A stretch of 64,000 nt of DNA from Bacteroidaceae bacterium (GTDB lineage: Bacteria > Bacteroidota > Bacteroidia > Bacteroidales > Bacteroidaceae). How positions within the stretch are numbered: position 1 is the stretch's first letter; each line of letters opens with the position of its first letter. A program made the translations under genes and the position numbers. Positions 19,041-29,466 of this stretch are shown piece after piece. The DNA is taken from positions 4,307-68,306 of the forward strand of contig JAFZDY010000007.1 of the NCBI GenBank assembly GCA_017560945.1, given 5' to 3'. The notes under the pieces were generated by a model. The model was not told where the DNA came from and did no database searches. It saw only the letters and a program-made list of their open reading frames with translations.

Positions 19041-19345
19041 GGCTGGAAATCTCATCAGTTTGCCCCAATTACTCTTAACCTTTATTGAATAACTCTTGGA
19101 CTTGGTTCGGTAATGTTTCTTTTTGCAGTATGATTCACTGTTTCAAACAGATAGAGAAGTTTATTTCCACTCTTCAATTTCTATTTGCTTTAAAAATTCG
19201 AACAAGAAAAACGTGTTTATCTATTTGTTCGTCTGATAGATATGCGGATTTTGGCCTTAAATGCTTCGCGTATTTAAAATCTCCCGTACTCTCTATGAAT
19301 ATACAGAATTCTCTTATATGAAATATACAGTTTTGACAAAATGTA

Positions 19346-19450
19346 AGTTCAAGGGGCTGGGTTCAAGGGGCTGGGTTCAAGGTTCAAAGTTCAAGGGGGG
19401 GCTGCGGGGTTAATGAATTATGAATTCTGAATTATGAATTCTGATTTATG
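19346..19450. repeat. Heptamer/14-mer tandem repeats (GTTCAAG, AATTATG/AATTCTG)
   Basis: gttcaaggggctgg x2, gttcaag gttcaaa gttcaag; aattatg aattctg aattatg aattctg. Confidence 0.8.
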
Positions 19451-19452
19451 AG

Positions 19453-19510
19453 TTGCTTAGTTTGATGAGAGTCTTTCTCGAACTAATCTTGGAACTTTGA
19501 ATTTTGAATT
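19453..19510 (+). repeat. Dispersed TTGATGA-hairpin-GAA element, copy A
   Basis: ttgcttagtTTGATGA gag tcttt ctc GAActaatcttg; homologs at 35270-35343 and 48986-49063. Confidence 0.7.
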
Positions 19511-19594
19511 GCGAAGCGGGATGGTTTGATGGGTGGATAGGGTGCTTTTATTGGTAAACAGACGATTTATCTGCAAAAAAAATGGCTTAAATAT

Positions 19595-19624
19595 TTTGCA
19601 TACAAAGGCTTTTGTGTAACTTTG
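19595..19624 (+). promoter_or_regulatory. Putative purL promoter
   Basis: TTTG, N18, TAACTTTG, about 80 bp upstream of the ATG. Confidence 0.6.
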
Positions 19625-19702
19625 TGCCCCAAATGGTGTGATGTGTGAGAAAACACTGTTTTCAAGACGAGAAAATTATAACAAGTTATATAACCGGAAT
19701 AT

Positions 19703-22700
19703 ATGATTTTATTTTTTAGAACATCCTCTAACAACGTGATTGCCATAGAAATGAATCACGCTGCAAGTGCAGAGGAAATCCAAAAACTTTGTTGGTTGTT
19801 CGGCGATGCAACGCTCGAAAACGAAGAGAACTTGAAAGGTTGTTTTGTAGGTCCGCGTAAGGAGATGATCACTCCGTGGAGTACGAACGCAGTGGAAATC
19901 ACCCAGAACATGGGATTGGAAGGTGTGGCCCGTATCGAAGAATATTTCCCCGTGGGTGATGAGAATGCCGACCATGACCCCATGTTGCAACGTATGTACA
20001 AGGGATTGGGTCAGGAAATCTTTAAGACCAATATCCAACCGCAACCCATCGTGCACATCGAGAACCTGGAGGCTTATAACGAGCAGGAAGGTTTGGCTTT
20101 GAGTGCCGAGGAGATGGAGTACCTGAAGAAGGTGGAAAAGGATCTCGGTCGTCCCTTGACTGATAGTGAGGTGTTTGGTTTTGCACAGATTAACTCAGAA
20201 CACTGCCGCCACAAAATTTTTGGTGGAACTTTCATCATCGATGGTGAGGAGAAGGAATCAAGCCTCTTCCAGATGATCAAGAAGACTACACAAGAAAACC
20301 CCAATAAGATTATTTCGGCTTACAAGGATAATGTAGCTTTTGCTGAAGGTCCTGTCATCGAGCAATTTGCTCCGGCCGATCACTCCAAGCCCGACTATTT
20401 CGTGGTGAAGGATATTGAAAGTGTTATTTCACTGAAGGCTGAGACACACAATTTCCCCACCACCGTAGAGCCATTCAATGGTGCATCAACTGGTACAGGT
20501 GGTGAAATTCGCGACCGTATGGGTGGTGGTAAGGGTTCATGGCCCATTGCCGGTACAGCCGTGTATATGACCTCTTATCCGCGTAGCGAGGAGGGTCGTG
20601 AATGGGAAGACATCCTGCCTGTGCGTAAATGGTTGTATCAGACTCCCGAGCAGATTTTGACCAAGGCAAGTAATGGTGCCAGCGACTTCGGAAATAAGTT
20701 TGGACAGCCATTGATTTGTGGTTCGCTCCTTACTTTTGAACACCAAGAAAATGGCGAGCAATATGCCTATGACAAGGTTATCATGTTGGCTGGTGGTGTA
20801 GGATACGGAACTAAACGCGACTGCTTGAAGGGTACTCCCCAACCTGGTAACAAGGTGGTGGTGATGGGTGGTGACAACTACCGCATCGGTCTTGGCGGTG
20901 GTTCAGTATCATCGGTAGAGACAGGACGTTACTCTTCAGGTATTGAGTTGAACGCTGTACAGCGTGCCAATGCTGAGATGCAGAAGCGTGCCTACAACGT
21001 AGTGCGTGCTTTGTGTGAAGAGGAGAACAACCCCATCGTATCTATCCACGACCACGGTTCTGCAGGACATGTGAACTGCTTGAGTGAATTGGTGGAAGAG
21101 TGTGGTGGACTTATCCACATGGATAAACTCCCCATTGGTGACCAGACACTGAGTGCGAAGGAAATCATTGCGAACGAGAGCCAGGAACGTATGGGATTGC
21201 TCATCGACGAGGCTGCCATCGAACATGTACGTCAGATTGCAGAACGTGAGCGTGCACCTATGTATACAGTAGGTGAGACTACAGGTGACCAACGCTTTGC
21301 TTTCGAACAGGCTGATGGCGTACGTCCGTTTGACTTGGCAGTGGATCAGATGTTCGGTTCATCGCCCAAGACTTACATGATTGACAAAACTGTAGAGCGC
21401 AAGTATGACGTAGTAACCTACGACATCACCAAACTCGATGAATATATTCAGCGCGTGCTCCAGTTGGAGGCTGTGGCTTGTAAGGACTGGTTGACCAACA
21501 AGGTGGACCGTTGTGTGACTGGTCGTGTAGCCCGTCAGCAATGTCAGGGTGAATTGCAGTTGCCACTCAGTGACTGTGGTGCTGTTGCTCTCGACTATCG
21601 TGGTCGCAAGGGTATTGCTACCTCTATCGGTCATGCTCCCCAGGCTGCTTTGGCCGATCCTGCTGCAGGTTCAGTACTCTCAGTGAGTGAAGCATTGACA
21701 AACCTCGTGTGGGCTCCTTTGGCTGAAGGACTTGACAGTGTGAGCCTCTCTGCCAACTGGATGTGGCCTTGCCGCGCTCAGGAGGGTGAAGATGCACGTC
21801 TCTATTCCGCAGTGAAGGCATTGAGTGACTTCTGTTGTGCATTGCAAATCAATGTGCCTACTGGTAAGGACTCACTCTCTATGACACAGAAATATCCCGA
21901 TGGAAGCAAGATTATCAGCCCGGGTACCGTGATTGTATCTGCTGGTGGTGAGGTAAGCGACATTCGTAAGATTGTATCTCCTGTAATGAAGAACGAGCCG
22001 AAGAGCCGTTTCTATCATATTGACTTCTCATTTGATACTTTGCAATTGGGTGGTTCAGCCTTTGCACAGAGCCTCAACAAGGTTGGTAGCGATGTGCCTA
22101 CTGTGAAGAATCCCGAATATTTCCGCGACGCATTCCTTGCCGTTCAGCAATTGGTGAACGAAGGTTTGGTAATGGCCGGACACGACATCTCTGCAGGTGG
22201 TCTTTTGACCTGCTTGTTGGAAATGTGCTTTGCCAACGTAGATGGCGGTATCGACGTGAACCTCGACAAGTTGCAGGGTTGCGACATTGTGAAGGCATTG
22301 TTCGCTGAGAACCCAGGTGTAGTAATCCAGGTATCAGACAAGGATTCTGCTCGTGTGAAGAAGATTTTGGACGATGCTGGCGTAGGATACGTGAAGATTG
22401 GTGTTCCCACCGAAGAGCGTCACATCATGGTCAGCAAGGATGGTTATGACTACCAGTTTGGTATCGACCACTTGCGTGACGTATGGTACTCTACTTCATA
22501 CTTGATGGATCGCAAGCAGAGTTTCAATGGTAAGGCTAAGGAACGTTTCGAGAACTATAAGCAACAACCCCTTGATTTGGCCTTTGGTCCCGAATTTACC
22601 GGTAAGTTGAAGCAGTGGGGACTCGACCCCGATCGTCGTACTCCTTCAGGCATCAAGGCTGCTGTTATTCGTGAAAAGGGAACTAACTCTGAGCGCGAAA

Positions 22701-23404
22701 TGGCATACAGCTTCTGGTTGGCAGGTTTCGATGTGAAGGACGTGACCATGACAGACCTTATCAGCGGACGCGAGACTTTGGAGGATGTGAATGTAATCGC
22801 CTTCTGTGGTGGATTCTCTAACTCTGACGTGTTGGGTTCTGCCAAGGGATGGGCAGGTGCATTCCTCTACAACCCGAAGGCAAAAGCTGCTTTGGATAAG
22901 TTCTATGCACGCGAGGATACCTTGTCATTAGGTGTATGTAACGGCTGTCAGTTGATGGTGGAACTGGGACTTATCAATCCCGAACATCCTGCTGACAAGA
23001 AGGCTAAGATGTTGCACAACGATTCGCACAAGTTCGAGAGCAACTTTGTATCATTGACCATTCCTACCAACCGCAGTGTGATGTTCGGTTCGTTGAGCGG
23101 ATACAAGATTGGTACATGGGTGGCTCATGGTGAAGGTAAGTTCCACTTGCCTCTCCCCGAAGATGAGTACAATGTAGTGGCTAAGTTTACTTATGACGGC
23201 TATCCTGCTAACCCCAACGGCTCGTCATACGGTGTAGCAGCCATTGCCAGCAAGGACGGACGACACCTGGCTATCATGCCGCACCCCGAGCGTACCATCT
23301 TCCCATGGCAGTGCGGATTCTATCCACGTCCTGCAGACGAAGTTACCCCCTGGATTGAGGCCTTCGTGAACGCACGTAAGTGGGTGGAAGCGAACAAAAA
23401 ATAA
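19703..23404 (+). CDS. purL: Phosphoribosylformylglycinamidine synthase (large type)
   Basis: QINSEHCRHKIF, KAETHNFPT, GKDSLSM, GGFSNSDVLG, LGVCNGCQLM, MPHPER. Confidence 0.98.
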   Translation: MILFFRTSSNNVIAIEMNHAASAEEIQKLCWLFGDATLENEENLKGCFVGPRKEMITPWSTNAVEITQNMGLEGVARIEEYFPVGDENADHDPMLQRMYKGLGQEIFKTNIQPQPIVHIENLEAYNEQEGLALSAEEMEYLKKVEKDLGRPLTDSEVFGFAQINSEHCRHKIFGGTFIIDGEEKESSLFQMIKKTTQENPNKIISAYKDNVAFAEGPVIEQFAPADHSKPDYFVVKDIESVISLKAETHNFPTTVEPFNGASTGTGGEIRDRMGGGKGSWPIAGTAVYMTSYPRSEEGREWEDILPVRKWLYQTPEQILTKASNGASDFGNKFGQPLICGSLLTFEHQENGEQYAYDKVIMLAGGVGYGTKRDCLKGTPQPGNKVVVMGGDNYRIGLGGGSVSSVETGRYSSGIELNAVQRANAEMQKRAYNVVRALCEEENNPIVSIHDHGSAGHVNCLSELVEECGGLIHMDKLPIGDQTLSAKEIIANESQERMGLLIDEAAIEHVRQIAERERAPMYTVGETTGDQRFAFEQADGVRPFDLAVDQMFGSSPKTYMIDKTVERKYDVVTYDITKLDEYIQRVLQLEAVACKDWLTNKVDRCVTGRVARQQCQGELQLPLSDCGAVALDYRGRKGIATSIGHAPQAALADPAAGSVLSVSEALTNLVWAPLAEGLDSVSLSANWMWPCRAQEGEDARLYSAVKALSDFCCALQINVPTGKDSLSMTQKYPDGSKIISPGTVIVSAGGEVSDIRKIVSPVMKNEPKSRFYHIDFSFDTLQLGGSAFAQSLNKVGSDVPTVKNPEYFRDAFLAVQQLVNEGLVMAGHDISAGGLLTCLLEMCFANVDGGIDVNLDKLQGCDIVKALFAENPGVVIQVSDKDSARVKKILDDAGVGYVKIGVPTEERHIMVSKDGYDYQFGIDHLRDVWYSTSYLMDRKQSFNGKAKERFENYKQQPLDLAFGPEFTGKLKQWGLDPDRRTPSGIKAAVIREKGTNSEREMAYSFWLAGFDVKDVTMTDLISGRETLEDVNVIAFCGGFSNSDVLGSAKGWAGAFLYNPKAKAALDKFYAREDTLSLGVCNGCQLMVELGLINPEHPADKKAKMLHNDSHKFESNFVSLTIPTNRSVMFGSLSGYKIGTWVAHGEGKFHLPLPEDEYNVVAKFTYDGYPANPNGSSYGVAAIASKDGRHLAIMPHPERTIFPWQCGFYPRPADEVTPWIEAFVNARKWVEANKK

Positions 23405-23411
23405 AGGCTAA

Positions 23412-23619
23412 AGGTGGGTTCTATGAATTTCTCATCAACTCGTCCCACAGACCACTAACAATGGTGAGCTCTTTAATCTTTTTGTCGCCAATTCGACTTT
23501 GTCCGGTCCTTTTGCCATCCGTATCGGTCGTGTAGCCCGCTACACTTCCTCTACGACTGACAAAAATACCTCGGCTAAAGACCGAATTTCCGTCAATGTG
23601 AATTTTATAGAAAACACCT
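23412..23619. mobile_element. MITE-like non-coding element with terminal inverted repeats and long internal palindrome
   Basis: Ends 23412-23435 and 23596-23619 are inverted repeats (19/24 match); imperfect palindrome about 23490-23588 centred on GTGTAG-CCCG-CTACAC; no ORF. Confidence 0.5.
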
Positions 23620-23625
23620 GAACAA

Positions 23626-23670
23626 ATTACGAACTACGGATGTTTTTGTCCGTAGTTCGTAATAAAAAAA
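23626..23670. terminator. Perfect 15-bp stem hairpin followed by an A-run (terminator geometry for the minus strand)
   Basis: attacgaactacgga-tgtttttg-tccgtagttcgtaat-aaaaaaa. Confidence 0.6.
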
Positions 23671-23692
23671 GCCACACATACATGCAATCCAC

Positions 23693-26600
23693 ATGAGAAA
23701 CGTTCTTCTCTGTATCATATTGGCTTTGACTACTATTCATTCTTCTTTTGGTCAAGCCTTTAAATATATAAGTGTTACGGAAGGGCTGAGCGACCGTCGC
23801 GTGTTATCTATCCAAAAGGACAGAGCAGGGTTCATGTGGTTTCTTACCTATACAGGTATCGACCGATACGACGGCAAAAACATCAAGCATTACCGCTTGC
23901 AATCCAGTGATGGATACATCTCCTTTTATTCAGAAAGAAACATTTTGAAGACCGACACCCTTGGGCGGGTGTGGGCCATTGGTCCTGAGGGGCAATTGTT
24001 CAAGTATAATCCCTCGACTGACAATTTCACCCAGATGCAGTTGCCTGAGGAAGTTGTAGCAACAAAGTCCTTGAACTTGGTGAAGATGACCGACTTCAAC
24101 GAGGTCTGGTATTGTCACAACGACTGTTGTTACATCTATAACCTCGACTCTGGACATATTCAGCAGATAGAGTTTGACCACAAACATAAACATGTTACGA
24201 GTATTCACCAATCGGGCAAGGATACCTATTACATAGGTTCCAATGATGGAATATGTCGGATAGTATTAAGAGATGGGAAGATGCACTCCTCCCATTGTAT
24301 GATATCCAGCGAACTCTGTACTTTACCCAATGTCATTTATTGTCATCCGGCTACAAACCGATTGTTTGCCGGAAGCGAAATTACAGGATTGATCGTATAT
24401 GATTTGACGTTGAAGAAGACTGAAAAGCAATACACTTTCCTGAAAGATTTTCCTATCACCTCCTTTCAACCCTATCGGGACAGCTTGATACTGATTCCTA
24501 CACGTGGTGCGGGAGTGCAACAATACAATTTCCAACAAGAGAAACTGGAGCAACTCTTCTATGCAGATTTCCATGAACCGAACAAGATGAATGGAAACAA
24601 CATACGTGCCCTGTTTGTGGATAACCATCAACGTATATGGATGTCAGTGTACGGTCGAAGCATCACGGTGTATGACCACACGCTGCCCAATTATAAGTGG
24701 TTCAAGAATCATACTGGTAACAACCACTCGTTGAACGATGACCTGGTGAATGCTGTCCTGGAGGATTCCGGTGGTGACATTTGGTTTGCCACTAACAATG
24801 GACTTAGTTTGTATCGCGTAGCAGAGGATACTTGGTCGCACCTGTTTCCATGGGACAGGTCGGAAGTGGAGTCGATGAAGAACTCAATCTTCCTCTCCCT
24901 TTGTGAAATCTCTCCTGGAGAAATCGTGACCGGTGGATTCATGACAGGAGTGTACCATATTGATAAGGCGACCATGAAGACCAGCCTTCAGATTCCCCAA
25001 ACCCAACTTCCTGACAAGGATAACCCCTTCGTTACCAATAAGTATATACGAGTGATTTATAAGGATAGCGAAGGACTTGTCTGGACAGGTGGCAACAACT
25101 ATTTGGGTTGTACCAACCTGCGGACGAAGGAGTTTACCTATTACCGCGTTGGCAATGCTGTTACCTGCATTGTTGAACAGAATCCCAATACGTTGTTGAT
25201 AGGTACTGGAAATGGTATATACAGGTTGGATAAGAGGAAGGGTGAGGTGAAAAATATGCGAATGCCCTTTGCTTCGCAACAGATCAACTGTATGTATCTT
25301 CATCCCTGTGGAGACCTGTACATTGGTACGACCAATTCCGGTCTGGCAATACTTCGCACAAACGGTGAATATGAGTTCTATCTCTATCAGAACAGTGCAT
25401 TGTTGTCCAACACCATCAATACCATTGTTCCGAAGAATGAGCACGAGATCATTGTCGCTACTGAACAGAATCTTGCACTTTTCAATAACAAGACGAAAGA
25501 GTTTACCAACTGGACAGAGGACCAAGGACTCATAAAGGCCAATTTCAACCCGCGTGCAGGAATACACACCTCGCGTGGGACATTCATCTTTGGTTCCAAT
25601 AATGGAGCGGTGGAGTGGATGGACAATATGAAATTGTCCCATCATGAACAGGCGGAAATCTTGTTTGACCAGATACTGATGGAGAATCAGTACGCATCGA
25701 ACAGCATCATCAATCAGGTGAATGTACACACCCCTGGCTCTATCAATGAACTGCATTTACCCAAGGGGTTGCATTCAATCGGTCTTCATTTCTCGACCAT
25801 AGACTACAATAGCCCTCAATACACCTCTTTCAGATGGAAACTGGAGGGGAAGTACGAGTACTGGATTAAGGTTGGAAAAGAGAATTGGCTGGAGTTTCGC
25901 GACCTTAAGCCAGGGGAATATATCCTTCATGTCCAAAACATCTCCAAGGAGGATAACAGTGTGTTGGGAGAGAGGATGCTGAAGATTGTCGTAACTCCCT
26001 CTTTCTGGGTGTCCAATGCGGCCGTAGTCCTTTATTTAATCATCTTGATCCTCCTGTTTGTAGCCGTCTTTCGTTATATCATATTCAAGAAAGAACAGAA
26101 GGTCGTGTCCGAAAAAGACCGCATATTGATAGATACAGTCAACGGCATACGCACTCCGCTGACATTGGTAAAAAGTGCCATGAACGAGGTGATGAACCAA
26201 CAGGACCTCACACCTCAGTCGTACAACTATCTGCAAACCGCCAGCTACAGCATTGAGAAGTTGAACATCATGGCCATGAATCTCTTGAACATCGAAAAGA
26301 TGCGGAAGGACAACAACGTGTCCGTCGAGTATCAGGATGTGAACAGACTTGTTCGGAAGTTTGTCAAGCCCTTTGCTTCACTTATCGAACATGACCACCT
26401 CAGCATTCAGTTTACGTCCCAAGGTGAGGAGGGTATGTTTGCATGGGTGGATATTGGCAAGATAGAGCTCATATTCTATAACTTGATGTCGAACCTCATT
26501 CGTCAGACCCCTCCCAACAGGACCGTATATCTGTCGGTGTATAAAGACCTTAAGCGATGGGGTATTGTCGTTTCGAACAGCCACGAACTATTGTCGGCAC

Positions 26601-27664
26601 CCTCGGAAATGGGCGAAAGTTTCCGTCATATGGACGAGGAAGGCATGGATGACGAGTTGCAACTCATATATAGTTTGGTCAGACGTCATTTGGGCAATCT
26701 GACATACAGGGGAATGCCACCAGCAAACTACCTGTTCAATGTGTCCTTCCCTGTGAAGCATCCCTACTATGTAAAACAGGAGAAGACCGACGACTCTCTG
26801 CAGGGGACTTCAGGCATCTTGTCTCAGTTGCCGATGTGTCCAGAGTTGATGTCTTTGGATAAACTTGCTTCTGTAGAGAAGTGGGGATATCTGCTCTTGG
26901 TTGACGAGCACGTGGAGGCACTGGATTTCTTTCATAACTCATTGAGTGCTGAGTGGCGCATCTCTACGGCTCGCAGTGCAGCCATTGCCCTGGAGTTGGT
27001 CGATGAGCACGAGCCCGATGTCATCATCGTGTCGTCCAGTGTGAGCCTGATGGAGAGTGGCGACCTTTGCACCATGCTGAAGTCCAATGTAAACACCAGT
27101 CACATCCCCCTTGTCCTCATTGCATCGGACGAAGACAGGGACGCCATTCAAGGCTGTTTCACTCAGCGGGCAGACTATTATGTGACAAGGCCCTACGACC
27201 TGTTCGTTGTAAGGTCCATCCTCTACAACATTCTTGCGAATCGCAATCAGCTGCAGGAGAGGCTCTCCAAGGCCGATCGGGTGCATCATCTGAAGGATAT
27301 CAAGCGGGCAAACATTGAGCACGAGGCGAAATTCCTGACCGAGGTGAAGGAGGTTATTCTTGCCCATGTGGATGACCCTTCCTTCGGAGTGGACGAGTTG
27401 TGTGCTCAGATGGGTATGAGCCGTACCAATCTGTACAACAAGATAAAGGGGCTTACCAATCTTCCGTTGAGCACCCTCATACGCGATGCTCGCATGCAAC
27501 GTGCGTGTGAGATGCTGTTGTCCGATAGTTATAACATTGCCGAAGTCAGTGACCGCTTGGGCTTCAGCGAGACAAAATATTTCAGAGAGGTATTCAAGAA
27601 ACACTATGGCATTACCCCCAGCGACTACATAAAACGACATAAGGGGGAAGTCGATAGTGAGTAA
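23693..27664 (+). CDS. Hybrid two-component system sensor/regulator (beta-propeller, Y_Y_Y, TM, HisKA, HATPase, REC, AraC HTH) with degenerate phosphorelay motifs
   Basis: EGLSDRRVLSIQKDRAGFMWF..GIDRYDG propeller repeats, LKPGEYIL, one TM helix, RTPLTL, C-terminal GMSRTNLYNKIKGLT..VSDRLGFSETKYFREVFKKHYGITPSDY. Confidence 0.92.
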   Translation: MRNVLLCIILALTTIHSSFGQAFKYISVTEGLSDRRVLSIQKDRAGFMWFLTYTGIDRYDGKNIKHYRLQSSDGYISFYSERNILKTDTLGRVWAIGPEGQLFKYNPSTDNFTQMQLPEEVVATKSLNLVKMTDFNEVWYCHNDCCYIYNLDSGHIQQIEFDHKHKHVTSIHQSGKDTYYIGSNDGICRIVLRDGKMHSSHCMISSELCTLPNVIYCHPATNRLFAGSEITGLIVYDLTLKKTEKQYTFLKDFPITSFQPYRDSLILIPTRGAGVQQYNFQQEKLEQLFYADFHEPNKMNGNNIRALFVDNHQRIWMSVYGRSITVYDHTLPNYKWFKNHTGNNHSLNDDLVNAVLEDSGGDIWFATNNGLSLYRVAEDTWSHLFPWDRSEVESMKNSIFLSLCEISPGEIVTGGFMTGVYHIDKATMKTSLQIPQTQLPDKDNPFVTNKYIRVIYKDSEGLVWTGGNNYLGCTNLRTKEFTYYRVGNAVTCIVEQNPNTLLIGTGNGIYRLDKRKGEVKNMRMPFASQQINCMYLHPCGDLYIGTTNSGLAILRTNGEYEFYLYQNSALLSNTINTIVPKNEHEIIVATEQNLALFNNKTKEFTNWTEDQGLIKANFNPRAGIHTSRGTFIFGSNNGAVEWMDNMKLSHHEQAEILFDQILMENQYASNSIINQVNVHTPGSINELHLPKGLHSIGLHFSTIDYNSPQYTSFRWKLEGKYEYWIKVGKENWLEFRDLKPGEYILHVQNISKEDNSVLGERMLKIVVTPSFWVSNAAVVLYLIILILLFVAVFRYIIFKKEQKVVSEKDRILIDTVNGIRTPLTLVKSAMNEVMNQQDLTPQSYNYLQTASYSIEKLNIMAMNLLNIEKMRKDNNVSVEYQDVNRLVRKFVKPFASLIEHDHLSIQFTSQGEEGMFAWVDIGKIELIFYNLMSNLIRQTPPNRTVYLSVYKDLKRWGIVVSNSHELLSAPSEMGESFRHMDEEGMDDELQLIYSLVRRHLGNLTYRGMPPANYLFNVSFPVKHPYYVKQEKTDDSLQGTSGILSQLPMCPELMSLDKLASVEKWGYLLLVDEHVEALDFFHNSLSAEWRISTARSAAIALELVDEHEPDVIIVSSSVSLMESGDLCTMLKSNVNTSHIPLVLIASDEDRDAIQGCFTQRADYYVTRPYDLFVVRSILYNILANRNQLQERLSKADRVHHLKDIKRANIEHEAKFLTEVKEVILAHVDDPSFGVDELCAQMGMSRTNLYNKIKGLTNLPLSTLIRDARMQRACEMLLSDSYNIAEVSDRLGFSETKYFREVFKKHYGITPSDYIKRHKGEVDSE

Positions 27665-27708
27665 TCGGCAGGCGACTATCGAGAGGTAAGCAATGGATTT
27701 TTTTAAAG

Positions 27709-27880
27709 GTAGGGGAGGAGGTTTTTCCCTACCGTCGAAAAAAAACGTATGACGAAGTGTGTTACACCTCGTCAAATAGACGTCTATCGAGGGTTTTCTC
27801 CATCGGCATAAGCATGTATAGCGAGGTGTGTTTCCCCACCTTCATAAAACAAGTACGGCGAGGATATTCCCCGCCGTACG
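27709..27880. repeat. Array of 4-5 degenerate hairpin units with 34-38 bp period between convergent genes
   Basis: Units start at 27709, 27747, 27782, 27816, 27853; e.g. gtatgacgaagtgt-gtt-acacctcgtca and gtacggcgagga-tat-tccccgccgtac. Confidence 0.6.
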
Positions 27881-27989
27881 ATATTGGTTTCCCATTGTCA
27901 GTACCTGCTTGTCTTTGCGATTTTTGGATTGTTTTTTTGATGGCGGGTACCTCTTAGGGTTATGTCTGTCAAAACAGTGTTGTATAGTC

Positions 27990-29408
27990 TTATCTCAAAC
28001 CTGCTGCATCCGCAATCTTCATGGGGATTTCAGCATTGTCAGTGCGGTGGCTGAACTTCTCAGCACCAGCTCCGATAGAGAATACGGGTACGTAGCCATT
28101 TGAGTGTGCTCCGCTTACCCAACCAATCTGAGCGATTTCGTTGAGGATTTCCTTCGCTACAGTGGCCAATTTTTCGTCCTTCTGATACAAGCTTACGCTG
28201 AAAGTAGCCTCACCATTGTTTGCGTAGTTTTCTTCGTATACTTGACGGATGCGTGCTTCCTGTTTTTCGTCCAATTTGATGGGGTCAAACAAGCCGAAGT
28301 TCTCCTGCAAAGTCTTCTGTATCATTTCCCAAGTCACCTTGTTGTCAGTGCTCTTGCGCAATTCACTCAATTTTGAGCTCAGTTTGCTTACGCTCATGCG
28401 CTGGTACTGCAATGCCTGGAGGTTCAGTTTGTATTCACCATTACCCAATGTGAAGCAACCGGTTTCGTGGTCAGCAGTTACTACGATGAGTGTTTCATCG
28501 GGGTGCTTTTTGTAGAACTCGTATGCCTCCTTGATAGCCTCGTCGAGGTCTTCGATTTCTGCAATTGTAGTGGCAGCATCGTTGGCGTGACAAGCCTGGT
28601 CAATCTTACCACCTTCTACCATGAAGAAGAATCCCTTTGACAAGTCCTTTGACAAGAAGTCGATACCAGCACGTGTGATCTCTGCCAATGTGAGGTCACC
28701 CTCTTCGCGGTCGATAGCATATGAGAGTGAGCCACGGTCGCGCTTTGAACCCTCTTCTGTCTGAATCATGATCATCTTCTTGGCACTGGCAGCCTTCTTC
28801 TGATAATCCTCGTATCCGCGAGCGATGGTGTAGCCACCCTTTTCAGCCTGTTCATAGATGGTACCTTCCTCGGGTGCGCGGCGATTCACAGGTGTAGAAA
28901 AGTCCGAACCTGCATAGTAGTCAAAGCCTGCTTCGATGAGCTGTTGCTCGATGACGAATGCGTTGTATCTGCTTGCAGAGTGTGCATAGAATGATGAAGG
29001 AGTAGCGTGGTCGATGGTCACACTGGTAGCAATACCTACGCGCATGCCCTTCTCCTTAGCCATCACGGCGATACTCTTAGTAGGAGTCTTCAGGTCAGCT
29101 TCCAATCCCACCACGTTGTTGTTGGTCTTTTTTCCTGAAGCCAAGGCAGTACCCGATGCTGCAGAGTCAGTCACACCACTGTTGGCTGAGTAGGTGGTAG
29201 CCATGGTGGCAAAGGGGAACTGTGCGAACAACAGGGGAGTGATGCCGATGCGTCCTTCCAACTCGGCACGGTATGTTTCTGTAGCGTTCACCTGGTTTAC
29301 GCCCATACCATCACCGATAAAGTAAAATACATACTTGGCTTGCTGGCCAAATACAGATACGCTTGCTGCCACAATCAGCGCGAGCGTCAACAAGAAATGC
29401 TTTTTCAT
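27990..29408 (-). CDS. Alkaline phosphatase (secreted/periplasmic)
   Basis: Signal peptide, FIGDGMG, VTDSAAS (catalytic Ser), HATP, VEGGKIDQACHAND, TADHETG. Confidence 0.95.
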   Translation of the reverse strand: MKKHFLLTLALIVAASVSVFGQQAKYVFYFIGDGMGVNQVNATETYRAELEGRIGITPLLFAQFPFATMATTYSANSGVTDSAASGTALASGKKTNNNVVGLEADLKTPTKSIAVMAKEKGMRVGIATSVTIDHATPSSFYAHSASRYNAFVIEQQLIEAGFDYYAGSDFSTPVNRRAPEEGTIYEQAEKGGYTIARGYEDYQKKAASAKKMIMIQTEEGSKRDRGSLSYAIDREEGDLTLAEITRAGIDFLSKDLSKGFFFMVEGGKIDQACHANDAATTIAEIEDLDEAIKEAYEFYKKHPDETLIVVTADHETGCFTLGNGEYKLNLQALQYQRMSVSKLSSKLSELRKSTDNKVTWEMIQKTLQENFGLFDPIKLDEKQEARIRQVYEENYANNGEATFSVSLYQKDEKLATVAKEILNEIAQIGWVSGAHSNGYVPVFSIGAGAEKFSHRTDNAEIPMKIADAAGLR

Positions 29409-29458
29409 CGTGTTATAAATGTTGTTTTTAAGTTTTTTTGGTCTTTTAGATGTCGCTG

Positions 29459-29466
29459 CAAATATA
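29459..29466 (-). promoter_or_regulatory. -7 box for alkaline phosphatase
   Basis: TATATTTG on the minus strand, about 50 bp upstream of the ATG. Confidence 0.55.

Noticed and set aside
19085-19321. 78-aa ORF in the pilus-purL intergenic region
   Set aside because: TTG start, AT-rich, no recognisable motif
18333-19702. Invertible promoter driving the pilus operon
   Set aside because: I found no convincing inverted-repeat pair flanking the promoter and no recombinase in the window; a trans-acting invertase cannot be excluded
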